Shown one piece after another: positions 18,785 to 28,161 of a DNA stretch of 64,000 nt. The DNA is taken from positions 49,952 to 113,951 of IMG/VR virus record IMGVR_UViG_3300021403_000003; one strand, written 5' to 3'. Made by a program: the position numbers and the translations under genes. Within the stretch, counting starts at the first letter, position 1. Each line of letters opens with the position of its first letter. The notes beneath the pieces were generated by a model. That model saw only the letters and a list, made by a program, of their open reading frames with translations. It had not been told where the DNA came from and did no database searches. The DNA is from a virus (lineage: Duplodnaviria; Heunggongvirae; Uroviricota; Caudoviricetes).

Positions 18785-19045
18785 ATGAAACAATATGTGA
18801 TCATTGATAAGGCAGCCAAGTACTGTCCTTACATTGCGGTGATCTACCCGATGGGTTCAAACAATCCAACAAGTGTTGGTGTGGATCAGATTCACAAAGC
18901 CAAGTTCTGGACAATTGGTGAGAACTTGAATGATGAGTCAGATGACATGTTGAACTTCTTCAAGAAGAATAAGCAAGCGGGTCAGAATTGGGAGATCAGA
19001 GAGGTGACTTTCCTGGTTGGCCCACCACTCACACTTCCTTGGTAA
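18785..19045 (+). CDS. Hypothetical protein
   Basis: 86-aa ORF. Confidence 0.35.
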   Translation: MKQYVIIDKAAKYCPYIAVIYPMGSNNPTSVGVDQIHKAKFWTIGENLNDESDDMLNFFKKNKQAGQNWEIREVTFLVGPPLTLPW

Positions 19046-19054
19046 GGAGAAATT

Positions 19055-19327
19055 ATGAGCTTCCTCAGTCAGATGGTAGATCAGATTGCAGCTGGTGATC
19101 CACAATACAAGAAATCGATGGGCACACTTGAGGGACGCTTTTTGTACTACACAGAGTGTCAACTGGCGACATTGGAAGGACTGAAGATGAAGAAGAAGAA
19201 AACATCCAAGTCTGAACTTCGTCGTCAACAGTCCATTGCTGATGGAATGCTGATTGTCGTCAAAGGGTTCTGTTCCGAGGTTGACATCCATAGCTGCCCA
19301 AGAGTCAAGGAGCTACTCAAGCAATGA
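19055..19327 (+). CDS. Hypothetical protein
   Basis: AAGGAG SD. Confidence 0.4.
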   Translation: MSFLSQMVDQIAAGDPQYKKSMGTLEGRFLYYTECQLATLEGLKMKKKKTSKSELRRQQSIADGMLIVVKGFCSEVDIHSCPRVKELLKQ

Positions 19328-19389
19328 AAGATCTGGAGAATCATCACATCCACTGAGTTTCAGGTGGAAACCAGCCATTATCTCAGGAG

Positions 19390-19683
19390 ATGATCTTGTT
19401 TGCCAAGAGAATGTTCTTCGTAGATAACGATCATTGGTGGTTGTTACACTATGATTCCGATGGACAAGTAATTGGTATTGATGAAGCGAACTTTGGCTCA
19501 TATGACAAACCAGATCATGTGGATTGGCCAGAAATCTTCATAAGTTTGATTGAGATGTTTGCAGAACGGAATCTAGGAGTCAAATTATCCATTGTGGAAG
19601 TTGCTAATGAGTTCTTGAAAGAAATTGATATTGAATACTGGTCATACTACCATAATGGTGAAATCACGAATGGTGAATCATGA
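19390..19683 (+). CDS. Hypothetical protein
   Basis: GGAG SD. Confidence 0.35.
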   Translation: MILFAKRMFFVDNDHWWLLHYDSDGQVIGIDEANFGSYDKPDHVDWPEIFISLIEMFAERNLGVKLSIVEVANEFLKEIDIEYWSYYHNGEITNGES

Positions 19684-19895
19684 ACAAGAACACGACATTT
19701 GCTCAGATCAGAGATTGCATCTTGGGAACTGGTTTACCTATTGTTGAGTTTCAGTTGATTGATGTCTGGAAGATGGGTGAGCAATCCACAATGACCTTGT
19801 CTGTCAAATTTCAGGCTATTGATAAAACCTTTACCAGAACCGAAATAGACGGTATGATGAAGCAAATAGACCAGGCACTGGAGAAAATCACATGA
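19680..19895 (+). CDS. Hypothetical protein
   Basis: ATGA overlap with upstream gene. Confidence 0.35.
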   Translation: MNKNTTFAQIRDCILGTGLPIVEFQLIDVWKMGEQSTMTLSVKFQAIDKTFTRTEIDGMMKQIDQALEKIT

Positions 19896-20131
19896 ATCAA
19901 CTAGATGCTGAAATCATCAACAAGGTTTGCACTGGAGGCACATCAGGTGAACAGTTATTGGTCAAGCAATATATTGTTTGTCTGGAGGCAGCATTGGAGG
20001 CTGCTATGCAAGTAGTTGAGGAAAACAAGGCATGATTTCATTGTACATCATGCAAAGCAATAAAGGTAGAATCAACCTCTACACAGATGATGTGATTTGT
20101 TCTGTCAATGCCTACTTGAGACTTCATAGGT

Positions 20132-20446
20132 ATGGTATTACATTCATTCTCACACAGGAGTGACAAAATGTCATTTGATGCCTATCATGATTATATGGAT
20201 AACAAAGAAGGTGACTGGGATGAACAGCTTGTTCTGTTCGAAGTGCCATTTGAAATGAAATCGGTCATGAATCTGAATGATGAAATGACCAAAGTTTCTG
20301 AGAAACTTGGTATTTACAGTGTTGCCATGGCTTGGGAATGTGATAAATGTGGAACTGTCAACCTTGATTCTGATCTGGCTTGCACCAATTGTGGTAGGTT
20401 GTTCAAGGATGTTCCAGATGATGGTGATGAGGTGGAAGGTGAATAG
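20132..20446 (+). CDS. Zn-ribbon protein (CDKCG...CTNCG)
   Basis: Two CxxC pairs; the true start may be the internal Met at 20168. Confidence 0.4.
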   Translation: MVLHSFSHRSDKMSFDAYHDYMDNKEGDWDEQLVLFEVPFEMKSVMNLNDEMTKVSEKLGIYSVAMAWECDKCGTVNLDSDLACTNCGRLFKDVPDDGDEVEGE

Positions 20447-20572
20447 GTTCTGGAAATCTATCAGGTCTCCAGAGTTCAAATGGAAACCTTTGATTTCAAC
20501 TGGATTGTTTTCTGGCAAAATCTATATCGAATGGGGTATGTGGTGTTGGGGATTTGGTAGAGGACACAGGAG

Positions 20573-20920
20573 ATGGGAGAAACAAAGATGATTTTGAAAC
20601 CAGGAACAATTGTTCGGACTGATATTGAAAAATATGGAGACCAACAATTTGTTATCAAAGGTCATGACATTGATAATGGCAGAATCTGGTATTACATAGA
20701 AAATCCAAGTGAAGGAAATCACAAAGTGCGTCATGATAGGATTATAGTAATACCTGAAATGAAGAAGTTTCTGGTAGCCTATCAAAGACTACCCGGCACT
20801 ACAGTGATCAATCATTTGATTGATGCACTTGAACACAGAGAAGTGGTAGACCTTTTGAATGAACTTTCACCGAATCATTCAGTTATAATTCTGGCTATCA
20901 TTGAAATTCACCCAACATGA
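20573..20920 (+). CDS. Hypothetical protein
   Basis: GGAG SD before the internal MILKPG start. Confidence 0.35.
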   Translation: MGETKMILKPGTIVRTDIEKYGDQQFVIKGHDIDNGRIWYYIENPSEGNHKVRHDRIIVIPEMKKFLVAYQRLPGTTVINHLIDALEHREVVDLLNELSPNHSVIILAIIEIHPT

Positions 20921-20928
20921 GGTTTTAA

Positions 20929-21381
20929 ATGAATCACCGTGAATTGTTATCAGAAATAATTGCATTTGCCACACAACGACATTATGGTCAGTTTGATAAA
21001 GGTGGCAATCCTTACATTCTTCATCCTTTGAAGGTGATGTATTTTCTTAAGACAGATGATGAAGAACTGCAATGTATTGCTGTAGGTCATGATCTAATTG
21101 AAGATACATCTACATCATATGCAGACCTCAAGGAAATTGGGATGACTTTGAGGATCATAGAAGGTATCAGACACCTTACCAATGTACCAGGAGAAACTTA
21201 TGAGGACAAAATCGAGAGAATTTGTTCCAATAAGGATGCCATGTTGGTAAAGCTTTGCGATCTTCGTCACAATTCTGACATCCGCCGACTCAAGGGCGTA
21301 ACGGAAAAAGATCTCAAGAGAATTGAACGGTACCAAAAGATGTACACTGAGATCAAGAATCGATTACAAACCATCAAGTGA
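20929..21381 (+). CDS. HD-domain hydrolase of the RelA/SpoT type (small alarmone (p)ppGpp hydrolase-like)
   Basis: GNPYILHP ... HDLIEDT matches the SpoT/Mesh1 HD motif pattern. Confidence 0.6.
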   Translation: MNHRELLSEIIAFATQRHYGQFDKGGNPYILHPLKVMYFLKTDDEELQCIAVGHDLIEDTSTSYADLKEIGMTLRIIEGIRHLTNVPGETYEDKIERICSNKDAMLVKLCDLRHNSDIRRLKGVTEKDLKRIERYQKMYTEIKNRLQTIK

Positions 21382-21489
21382 ACACAATCATTTAAAATAT
21401 AACAACTTGATTTGATTATGATTTACACCCTTTAATGTAGGGTACACCTAACGATATGCTCTTTTCTCCTCAATCAAAGGAGAAAAGAA

Positions 21490-22542
21490 GTGAAGCATAT
21501 CCCTCAACTTGATGGTTTCAGAGCACTAGCTTGCCTGTTGGTGTTAGGAGCCCACCTCTGGAGATATCCACCTGATCATATCATCACCATGCGAGTGTTT
21601 GGTGGTGGATGGGTTGGTGTAGACGTTTTCTTTGTTCTTTCGGGTTTCCTGATCACTAGGATCCTAATTGAGTCAAAAGACAACCAAAGTTACTTCTCGA
21701 ATTTCTACATCAGGAGAGCTCTTAGAATATTCCCGGTAAATTACATTTTGATGGGAATTGTTCTGTTCGCTTTGCCTTTGTTCTCTAAATTTCCTCAATT
21801 GATGCAAGTAAAGCATGATGAACTTTGGTATTTGTTCTATGCAGCAAACATCATCATAGGGATTGGAGGATGGCAACTCTCACTTCTAAACATAACATGG
21901 TCATTGGCAATTGAGGAACAATTTTATTTGATTTGGCCTGCAATGATGAGATGGTTTTCTATTGAGAGGATGAAAATCATCTGTATTTCTTTGATCATCA
22001 TGGTCCCTGTTTTCAGAGCCATTTTATATCCTTACATTGGCTGGACATGGTGTTATGTTGCAACTCCTTTAAGAACTGATTCATTTGCATGGGGTGCAAT
22101 GATAGCTTTAGGTGGACAAGTTTTCTTCCGTCAAACTGCCATGTGTATGTTGATGATCCCGGTTTGGATTATCGTTCCTAATTTGATCCTTGGTAATTTT
22201 ATGAGGGAAGAATACTGGGTGAGTTCTTTGGGATATAGTTTGACAGCTATGGCCGCAGCGGGAGGATTATGGTTGGTTCTCAATGCAAAGAAAACCATTT
22301 TCTCAAATGTTGTTTTGAGAGAAATCGGGAAAGTGAGCTATGGTACATATTTGTATCACCCTCTTGTATCAGTTGTCGTAAGTCGTTTCTTTGAGGGTAA
22401 ATCTCTTCTAGGATCATGGATTTTTATGGTGATATCAACTTGTCTATCACTTGGTGTTGCAGAACTTTCCTTTAGGTACTTTGAATCACCTATCATGTCA
22501 TTAAGGCAGAAAGTTGTCTCCGTTTGGGGATGGAATGGGTGA
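21490..22542 (+). CDS. Acyltransferase family 3 (membrane-bound O-acyltransferase)
   Basis: About 10 predicted TM helices; N-terminal LDGFRALACLLV and YFFVLSGFLI blocks typical of acyltransferase_3. Confidence 0.6.
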   Translation: MKHIPQLDGFRALACLLVLGAHLWRYPPDHIITMRVFGGGWVGVDVFFVLSGFLITRILIESKDNQSYFSNFYIRRALRIFPVNYILMGIVLFALPLFSKFPQLMQVKHDELWYLFYAANIIIGIGGWQLSLLNITWSLAIEEQFYLIWPAMMRWFSIERMKIICISLIIMVPVFRAILYPYIGWTWCYVATPLRTDSFAWGAMIALGGQVFFRQTAMCMLMIPVWIIVPNLILGNFMREEYWVSSLGYSLTAMAAAGGLWLVLNAKKTIFSNVVLREIGKVSYGTYLYHPLVSVVVSRFFEGKSLLGSWIFMVISTCLSLGVAELSFRYFESPIMSLRQKVVSVWGWNG

Positions 22543-22546
22543 TTTC

Positions 22547-22583
22547 GTTCTCAATCTGGGAATCAAACTCCCAGATTGAGAAC
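22547..22583. terminator. Perfect 15-bp-stem hairpin between convergent genes (bidirectional terminator candidate)
   Basis: GTTCTCAATCTGGGA / TCCCAGATTGAGAAC with 7-nt loop. Confidence 0.6.
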
Positions 22584-22591
22584 ACGATTCA

Positions 22592-22873
22592 TCAAGATTG
22601 AACTTCCATGAGAACCTTGGTCAAATTCTCAATCACAGTCTGACTGAGGCCAGATTGAACAGGCAATGCTTGTTGACATGTAGTTAACATGTCCATTGCA
22701 TCTTGATCTTCAGGAGATTGTGATTCTGTATCACCTTTCCTAATTTGCCAAAGTCGAAGTCCCATTAACAATACTCTGATCTCAATTTCATTGAGATGAT
22801 CAGACCCCTGTTCGGCCTTGATTTCTAACAGGCGCAGTGCTGTCATTATCACTTCAGATTCGATCTCATTCAT
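22592..22873 (-). CDS. Hypothetical acidic protein (last gene of the leftward operon)
   Basis: Overlaps upstream gene by 4 nt. Confidence 0.35.
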   Translation of the reverse strand: MNEIESEVIMTALRLLEIKAEQGSDHLNEIEIRVLLMGLRLWQIRKGDTESQSPEDQDAMDMLTTCQQALPVQSGLSQTVIENLTKVLMEVQS

Positions 22874-23652
22874 GTTCCCTCCTTTATCCCAAGATTTTTG
22901 TTAACAGTTTTACCATACCTCTTTTCCCAGGTTGGAAACCCAATATCACGGAGGAATTGCTTGGCAACTCTCTCAGTCATTGGTAAAGGCAAACCTTCAT
23001 AATACCAATGTGGTGGTTTGGTGGTTAATGATCTGAACACCTGCCCTTGCATGATGTCTTCTGCCCAGCAGTGTACAACAGGCCTTTTACCCCAACGCTG
23101 TCTGATAATCCGACGCAAAGGTAAGACAGTGTTCCACCAAGTCCCTTCATTCGTTCCTTGCCAAGTGTCCAAAATATAGAAATCAAACTTCTTCGTTGTT
23201 GTCTGTAAAAATTGATTGATGTCAGCATTCACAACATCATATCCTGGTTGAGCACAAAGATTTATCACATCTGGATCAATTTCAACGACTGTGATATTTT
23301 CAACATCTGCTCTATCAGCCAAAGTGAGAGCCAAAATGCCGAGTCCGAGACCACCAACCAAGATGTTGCCACTTGGTTTCAAATTGTGCAACATCTCAGC
23401 AATTTGATTGAGTTCTTCAGGAAGGTCTGTCATCCAAAGACCATGATCTTGATGAACTAATTCATGAACCCGTAGTGGCTCATTGATAATAGCCATCGAT
23501 GGTCGCATTCCTCTGATGATAGCTTGTCTCATTCCAACGACTGGTGTTTCGCTGCCAGGTGTTAGAATGTGATGTTGAACGCGAACCTTCCCAGAACATC
23601 TTTCTGGGATATCAAGAGGAGATTTGAACCATTTTGCTTCATACTTGATCAT
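22870..23652 (-). CDS. Class-I SAM-dependent methyltransferase-fold protein (spermidine synthase-like)
   Basis: GGLGLGILA glycine-rich loop followed by VVEID acidic beta-2 end and FDFYILD. Confidence 0.45.
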   Translation of the reverse strand: MIKYEAKWFKSPLDIPERCSGKVRVQHHILTPGSETPVVGMRQAIIRGMRPSMAIINEPLRVHELVHQDHGLWMTDLPEELNQIAEMLHNLKPSGNILVGGLGLGILALTLADRADVENITVVEIDPDVINLCAQPGYDVVNADINQFLQTTTKKFDFYILDTWQGTNEGTWWNTVLPLRRIIRQRWGKRPVVHCWAEDIMQGQVFRSLTTKPPHWYYEGLPLPMTERVAKQFLRDIGFPTWEKRYGKTVNKNLGIKEGT

Positions 23653-24028
23653 ATTTCACTCCAAGTGATTCCCACTGTTCCCAAGTGAGACTAAGTTCAA
23701 GTACCTTGTGACGTCCCCAAAGAGAAGGTTGCGCCTTTTCACCATGATGAGGACAACGATGATCAAAGATCATGAGGCCAGGTGCCTTATGTAATTCCTC
23801 AGGATTATCGCCCCACATTCGTTTGAAATTGTCAGGATTGTTCTGACAAATACACATGCCTGTTCCTTGTTTTCCAGGTTTATTAGTTTGGTTGATGGCT
23901 TTGACAATCGCTTCTGCATGAAATCGTTGACAAACAAGGATTTCTTCATTTGTGTTATCATATACACGTACGCATTGATCACGATCAGGTTTGTCATGAT
24001 GCCAAGGTGTTTTGAGTTCATTCATCAC
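23639..24028 (-). CDS. Cys/His-rich hypothetical protein
   Basis: Multiple C/H clusters; overlaps neighbours. Confidence 0.4.
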   Translation of the reverse strand: MMNELKTPWHHDKPDRDQCVRVYDNTNEEILVCQRFHAEAIVKAINQTNKPGKQGTGMCICQNNPDNFKRMWGDNPEELHKAPGLMIFDHRCPHHGEKAQPSLWGRHKVLELSLTWEQWESLGVKYDQV

Positions 24029-24305
24029 TTTTATCTCCTATCAGTTGTTTAAAGATGATTTGCGCTTTGGTCTTTTCTTTTGGTGATCGTTTTGGACTAA
24101 TTAACACATCGAACTCGTATTTGACATTTTCCTCACCATAGAAAACTTTGGCCAAGGTTGTGATTTGTTCACCTCTTTGAAGTGTCCATTTCCTGTTTTG
24201 AAACCTACAGAAAACAAGTCTCACTACAGAATGACCATGACTGATTGTAATCACGTCGTAGGTAATCGTCTTAGTGAATGAGTTGTCATTGCGTCGTTTT
24301 CGCAT
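24018..24305 (-). CDS. Hypothetical protein (start revised to MRKRRND because promoter P6 overlaps the track start)
   Basis: First gene of the leftward operon. Confidence 0.35.
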   Translation of the reverse strand: MRKRRNDNSFTKTITYDVITISHGHSVVRLVFCRFQNRKWTLQRGEQITTLAKVFYGEENVKYEFDVLISPKRSPKEKTKAQIIFKQLIGDKSDE

Positions 24306-24339
24306 GTGATAATCTATCTGCTGGGAATTCTTTAAGAAT

Positions 24340-24368
24340 ATCATACTAAAGGAGTCAATCAAGTAAAG
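24340..24368 (-). promoter_or_regulatory. Early promoter P6 (CTTTAC-N17-TATGAT on minus strand)
   Basis: Same promoter family; drives the leftward operon 24305..22592. Confidence 0.5.
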
Positions 24369-24491
24369 CTTTTTATTTCCAGTTTCGTTTGGATTTTACA
24401 TGGACTATTACTTGTTACATATATTCGTGTTATAGTTGTTCTACAACTGAACCCACTATATACCATTAGAGCCCCACCAAAGGACATTCAA

Positions 24492-24923
24492 ATGAAACGA
24501 ATTGCAATTGCAGCATGTTTGTTGTTAACTTGCCTTTCTTGTAAAGCTGACCCGACTACACTTCCTGATTCTCCGAATCAAAATGATCGTTTAGCAATAC
24601 TTGCAAAAACTGATGATGGAAATGTTATTGGTGTAGACTTAGACAATATGAGATATGACAAACAACATAATATCGTTGAGTTCCTTGAAGTAATTTTAGA
24701 TGGAAAATCACAACAAATTATTTCATCAAAATTATCATTTGCTTGTTGGGATCACAAGGTTTCTAACCCGATGATTACTGTTGTTAGAATGCAAGACAGG
24801 AAAGTCATTCATCAAGAAAAATTGAATGCCAGTTATAAACCCATATCTTCTAACAGTTGGTTGGCTGAAGAATATCAAGCGATTTGTCCAAAAATAAAAG
24901 ATCCACGTGCAACAGAACTGTAA
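24492..24923 (+). CDS. Secreted or lipoprotein-like protein
   Basis: N-terminal MKRIAIAACLLLTCLSC signal peptide. Confidence 0.45.
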   Translation: MKRIAIAACLLLTCLSCKADPTTLPDSPNQNDRLAILAKTDDGNVIGVDLDNMRYDKQHNIVEFLEVILDGKSQQIISSKLSFACWDHKVSNPMITVVRMQDRKVIHQEKLNASYKPISSNSWLAEEYQAICPKIKDPRATEL

Positions 24924-25021
24924 TAACAAGTTGGTTATTGAAAACCGTTTAAACCATTATTTGTCTTAATGAAAGATAGTCTTATAGAGAGAGAGTAAAA
25001 TTTACCTTAATACAGTATAAT

Positions 25022-25050
25022 TTGTACTTTGTAGTAGTAAATTTTATAAA
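25022..25050 (+). promoter_or_regulatory. Sigma70-like promoter candidate (TTGTAC-N17-TATAAA)
   Basis: AT-rich 290-bp intergenic region upstream of 25211. Confidence 0.3.
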
Positions 25051-25210
25051 ACGTCAAGCATTATAGCTTTAACTAAACTGACTCACTTATAAGTTCATGA
25101 TTTAAATGTAATTTTAACCCTTTACTTTTTAATCCACGTCAGGCCAGAGTATTCCTGACGGTGAGGCGAGGTGCTTCCCGCAAAGTAAAAAGTCCATATA
25201 GGAGGAAATT

Positions 25211-25570
25211 ATGAATGTACAGGCTCGCAAAGTTGCAACTCAGTCCAAGCGTGGGAACACCACACAGTCCTTCAAACTGTATCAACTCTTGTCCCGTAAG
25301 GGTGCGGCAAATTCTCAAGAACTTGCGAAGGTGATTGGTCGTCCACCGCATCAGACCTCAGTTTATATTGCTGAACTGACAAGGGTCTATGGAGCCAAGA
25401 TCATCTACGACACAGGCTCCAGAAAGTATGTGTTGCAGAACAAGGTGGAAGTTCCACCACAAGGTGTTGCTGGTTTGAGATGGAAATCTCAACAGTACAA
25501 GCCAGTTCAGCATGTTAACATGATCAAGCGTGGTCCGGGTCGTCCTCGGGCTGAAGCCAGAGCCAGTTAA
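25211..25570 (+). CDS. DNA-binding protein (winged-helix-like) with C-terminal AT-hook (GRPRGRP-type KRGPGRPRAE)
   Basis: GGAGG SD; basic; AT-hook motif at the C-terminus. Confidence 0.45.
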   Translation: MNVQARKVATQSKRGNTTQSFKLYQLLSRKGAANSQELAKVIGRPPHQTSVYIAELTRVYGAKIIYDTGSRKYVLQNKVEVPPQGVAGLRWKSQQYKPVQHVNMIKRGPGRPRAEARAS

Positions 25571-25632
25571 CCTCTGAGGTGATGTTATCCCACCTAATCC
25601 AGCCTATGGGTTGAAGAGGAGGATCTACGTCT

Positions 25633-25678
25633 TTCCGCCATAGAGTGCGGCCAGTCTATCAAGATTGAGCCGCACTCA
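25633..25678 (+). terminator. Rho-independent terminator (GAGTGCGGC/GCCGCACTC stem plus T-run)
   Basis: 9-bp GC-rich stem, 17-nt loop, AATCTTTTCTCG tail. Confidence 0.65.
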
Positions 25679-25961
25679 ATCTTTTCTCGTTGTTGTTTTA
25701 AAACGACAACAGTACCATGTCCGTACTGTCGCGGACGTTTGATTGGAGACTCCTATGGATGACCTAAATCAGGAAGTCACGGAAGAATTGGAAGATTTGA
25801 CCGAAGAAGGTCCTGCTTCAAAGGAGACCAAGGGTGGATTGGGAGGACCATTCCCAGATCCGGGATTTGGCTGGACATTTGTCTAGCTTGATTCTGTCAT
25901 AAGGCGACAGCGCACCCTGGTTCTGGATGAACTGGGGTGCGTTTACAATAAGGGGTCTAAA

Positions 25962-26665
25962 ATGAATATTCCAACTGAAATTACATTAACGATGACTGTA
26001 GAGGCTAGAGCAAGTGTGTTGGTTGTTTTGCGTGAAAAGATCTCTGAAATGGATTATGAAATTTACCGGCTTGATACCCTATGTAAACATGGACGTTTTT
26101 TGAAAGAAAATTATCTATCCATGAAGGAGAAGCAAATGAAAAGAGACATTCTACAACAATCTGTTAACCAACTATGGGAGTGTTATCATGCGCGACCTGA
26201 TGAAAAAGGTAGGAATAGTGATCCAGGACCCGTTGAAGGAACCATCGGTCCATGATACTGTTAAATTGATCATGGAAATTTATGATCAATGTTTGCTCGA
26301 TCCTGATCTTTCGAGAGCGGCATATGGTTGTGCAGTGGGAGGGGTATCACTTGCATTGAATGTGAACCTGCGTACAGCCAGTCTCCTTGTTGAACATGCA
26401 CTTACAATACGAGAGGCAAAAGATACAACTGATGAACGATCCAGGTTCCACAATCACAAATCTCACATTAGACCAGACGAATGATATTGCCATGTCTATT
26501 GATGAGGTCCTTACTGATCCAAATAATAAAAAGATTATCGACATTTTGACAGCAGGTACCAAAGAGCGAGAATTATTACTCAAGGACCTGTTCATGAATG
26601 TTTACGTTCGGGGATTCTTCGCAGGCATGCAGCATGCGATGAATGACGAGTCAAGAGAAAATTAA
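25962..26665 (+). other. Three overlapping ORFs in frames 0/+1/+2 (25962..26255, 26188..26484, 26387..26665): possible frameshifted gene, pseudogene or overprinted genes
   Basis: Each ~95-aa ORF ends inside the next; cannot be resolved from sequence alone. Confidence 0.25.
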
Positions 26666-27039
26666 TGGTAAAAGAGCTGGGAAGCCTTCGCTCCCAGCTC
26701 TTTTTAATTATTGGAGGAATAATGGCTTTAACATACAGCGCTAAACTTTCGGTTACCCCTGGTGATTGGAAAATCAATCATTTGGCTCAACCATGTACGA
26801 TTTACGTTGCGAACAATGGGAGAGTGAGAAATGTTGCTACATTGAGTTGGGAGTCGGAAGCAAAGATGTGTTTGGCGGATGCTCGTATCATGTGTCAATC
26901 CAAACGGATGTATGATTGGATAAACAGCATGTTACATCAAATGAAATCTGTACCCATGCTTCAAAATCGTAAGGTAGCTCATCTCATTGTTGATGGATTC
27001 ACAATCCTCAAAGATGTTGAGGAAGGAGCAAAGGAGTAA
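26665..27039 (+). CDS. Hypothetical protein
   Basis: 124-aa ORF. Confidence 0.4.
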   Translation: MVKELGSLRSQLFLIIGGIMALTYSAKLSVTPGDWKINHLAQPCTIYVANNGRVRNVATLSWESEAKMCLADARIMCQSKRMYDWINSMLHQMKSVPMLQNRKVAHLIVDGFTILKDVEEGAKE

Positions 27040-27208
27040 CAGAATCATGAAGCGTCGTGAAAAACTGTACCGAGCCGCTAGAGTGCGTAACACTTCAGCC
27101 CTATGGAGACTGTTAGAGCGCCGGGAGGGCAAGAAAGGTGGCACGTATTATGTATGCATAGCGATCGGCAATCCGAAGCTAAAGGAAATTGCTAGACAAC
27201 TGAACTAG
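26987..27208 (+). CDS. Small basic protein (possibly starting at the internal MKRREK)
   Basis: R/K-rich. Confidence 0.3.
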   Translation: MLMDSQSSKMLRKEQRSNRIMKRREKLYRAARVRNTSALWRLLERREGKKGGTYYVCIAIGNPKLKEIARQLN

Positions 27209-27248
27209 GTAATTACCCGAGTCGGTATTAGCTGGCTCGGGAACCTAG
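27205..27248. terminator. Long hairpin between convergent genes
   Basis: CTAGGT...CCCGAG...CTCGGG...ACCTAG nested inverted repeat. Confidence 0.4.
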
Positions 27249-27271
27249 ACCTTTGATGTATCGTTTCTTCG

Positions 27272-27658
27272 TCATTTGATTACCCAACCAATACTGAAAA
27301 CATAACGTGCACGATCCTTCACTTCAGTGACCTCATGTTTGTATAAATCAGCACGGAAGAATTTGATTCTTCTACTTTCATAGATCATTTTCTCACACAA
27401 AAATTCTCCACCAATTTTGGATTCTCTGATGATGATATTCAAACGATAATGTTTGGTGCCTTCTGTTGCTTGATCCTTGTGTGGTGGGACTTTTGAACCT
27501 ACTTTGTAGCGTATGATCAAAACGTGAAATGGGATGAACAAAGGATTCAGTAAGAAAATGAATATCTCATATCCTGTTTTTTGACGACCAAGTTTCCAAT
27601 GAAACAGATCCTTGGATTGAAGTTTCGTTTGTTTCCAAGTCAGATTATGAAATTTCAC
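27272..27658 (-). CDS. 2OG-Fe(II) oxygenase superfamily protein (small DSBH enzyme)
   Basis: PPHKD (HxD) ... RLNIII ... GGEF ... KHEV (distal His) pattern. Confidence 0.45.
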   Translation of the reverse strand: MKFHNLTWKQTKLQSKDLFHWKLGRQKTGYEIFIFLLNPLFIPFHVLIIRYKVGSKVPPHKDQATEGTKHYRLNIIIRESKIGGEFLCEKMIYESRRIKFFRADLYKHEVTEVKDRARYVFSIGWVIK

Positions 27659-27667
27659 GTAATTTCC

Positions 27668-27955
27668 TTATACATGAACCCAAGTTGCACCATCATTAGG
27701 AAACATTATTGCTTTTTCTTTTTTAGAAATCCAATATTGAATACTTGGATGTTCGACCAATTGTGCAAGTATAATGGAACCTTTGTAGAGCTCTTCTTTT
27801 GAGAGTATTGGTGGCGATGTCATAAAAGCACTAGCATGTTGAAACACGCTTTCTGCAATTTCTACAAGTTTGTCTGCGTATTCTAATGAATGGACAGGTA
27901 TGCGGATGGTTTCACCATCGTGGGTGATTTCTACAATACAATTAAACACTTTCAT
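27668..27955 (-). CDS. Hypothetical protein
   Basis: Operon member. Confidence 0.35.
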   Translation of the reverse strand: MKVFNCIVEITHDGETIRIPVHSLEYADKLVEIAESVFQHASAFMTSPPILSKEELYKGSIILAQLVEHPSIQYWISKKEKAIMFPNDGATWVHV

Positions 27956-28130
27956 CTATCTGAGTAATCTCAACACCATTTAAATATTCTTTCAATTGAC
28001 GTCTATAGACAATAGCTGACCCTATGAGAAAATTGTCAGTTATTTTACTCTCGATGATGCGACTTAGGAACCTGATAGTTGATACAACTTCTTCATCAAA
28101 CTCCAATTTGTTAAGATTGTTCGTTTGCAT
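27942..28130 (-). CDS. Hypothetical protein
   Basis: Operon member; overlaps neighbour. Confidence 0.3.
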   Translation of the reverse strand: MQTNNLNKLEFDEEVVSTIRFLSRIIESKITDNFLIGSAIVYRRQLKEYLNGVEITQIDESV

Positions 28131-28161
28131 GCATCCTCATTTCTTGCGAAACATAGTTCCC

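Noticed and set aside
27222-27231. Shared 10-mer TCGGTATTAG at 27222 and 60137 near two hairpins
   Set aside because: A single 10-mer match between two sites in 64 kb is expected by chance many times over. The flanks do not align.
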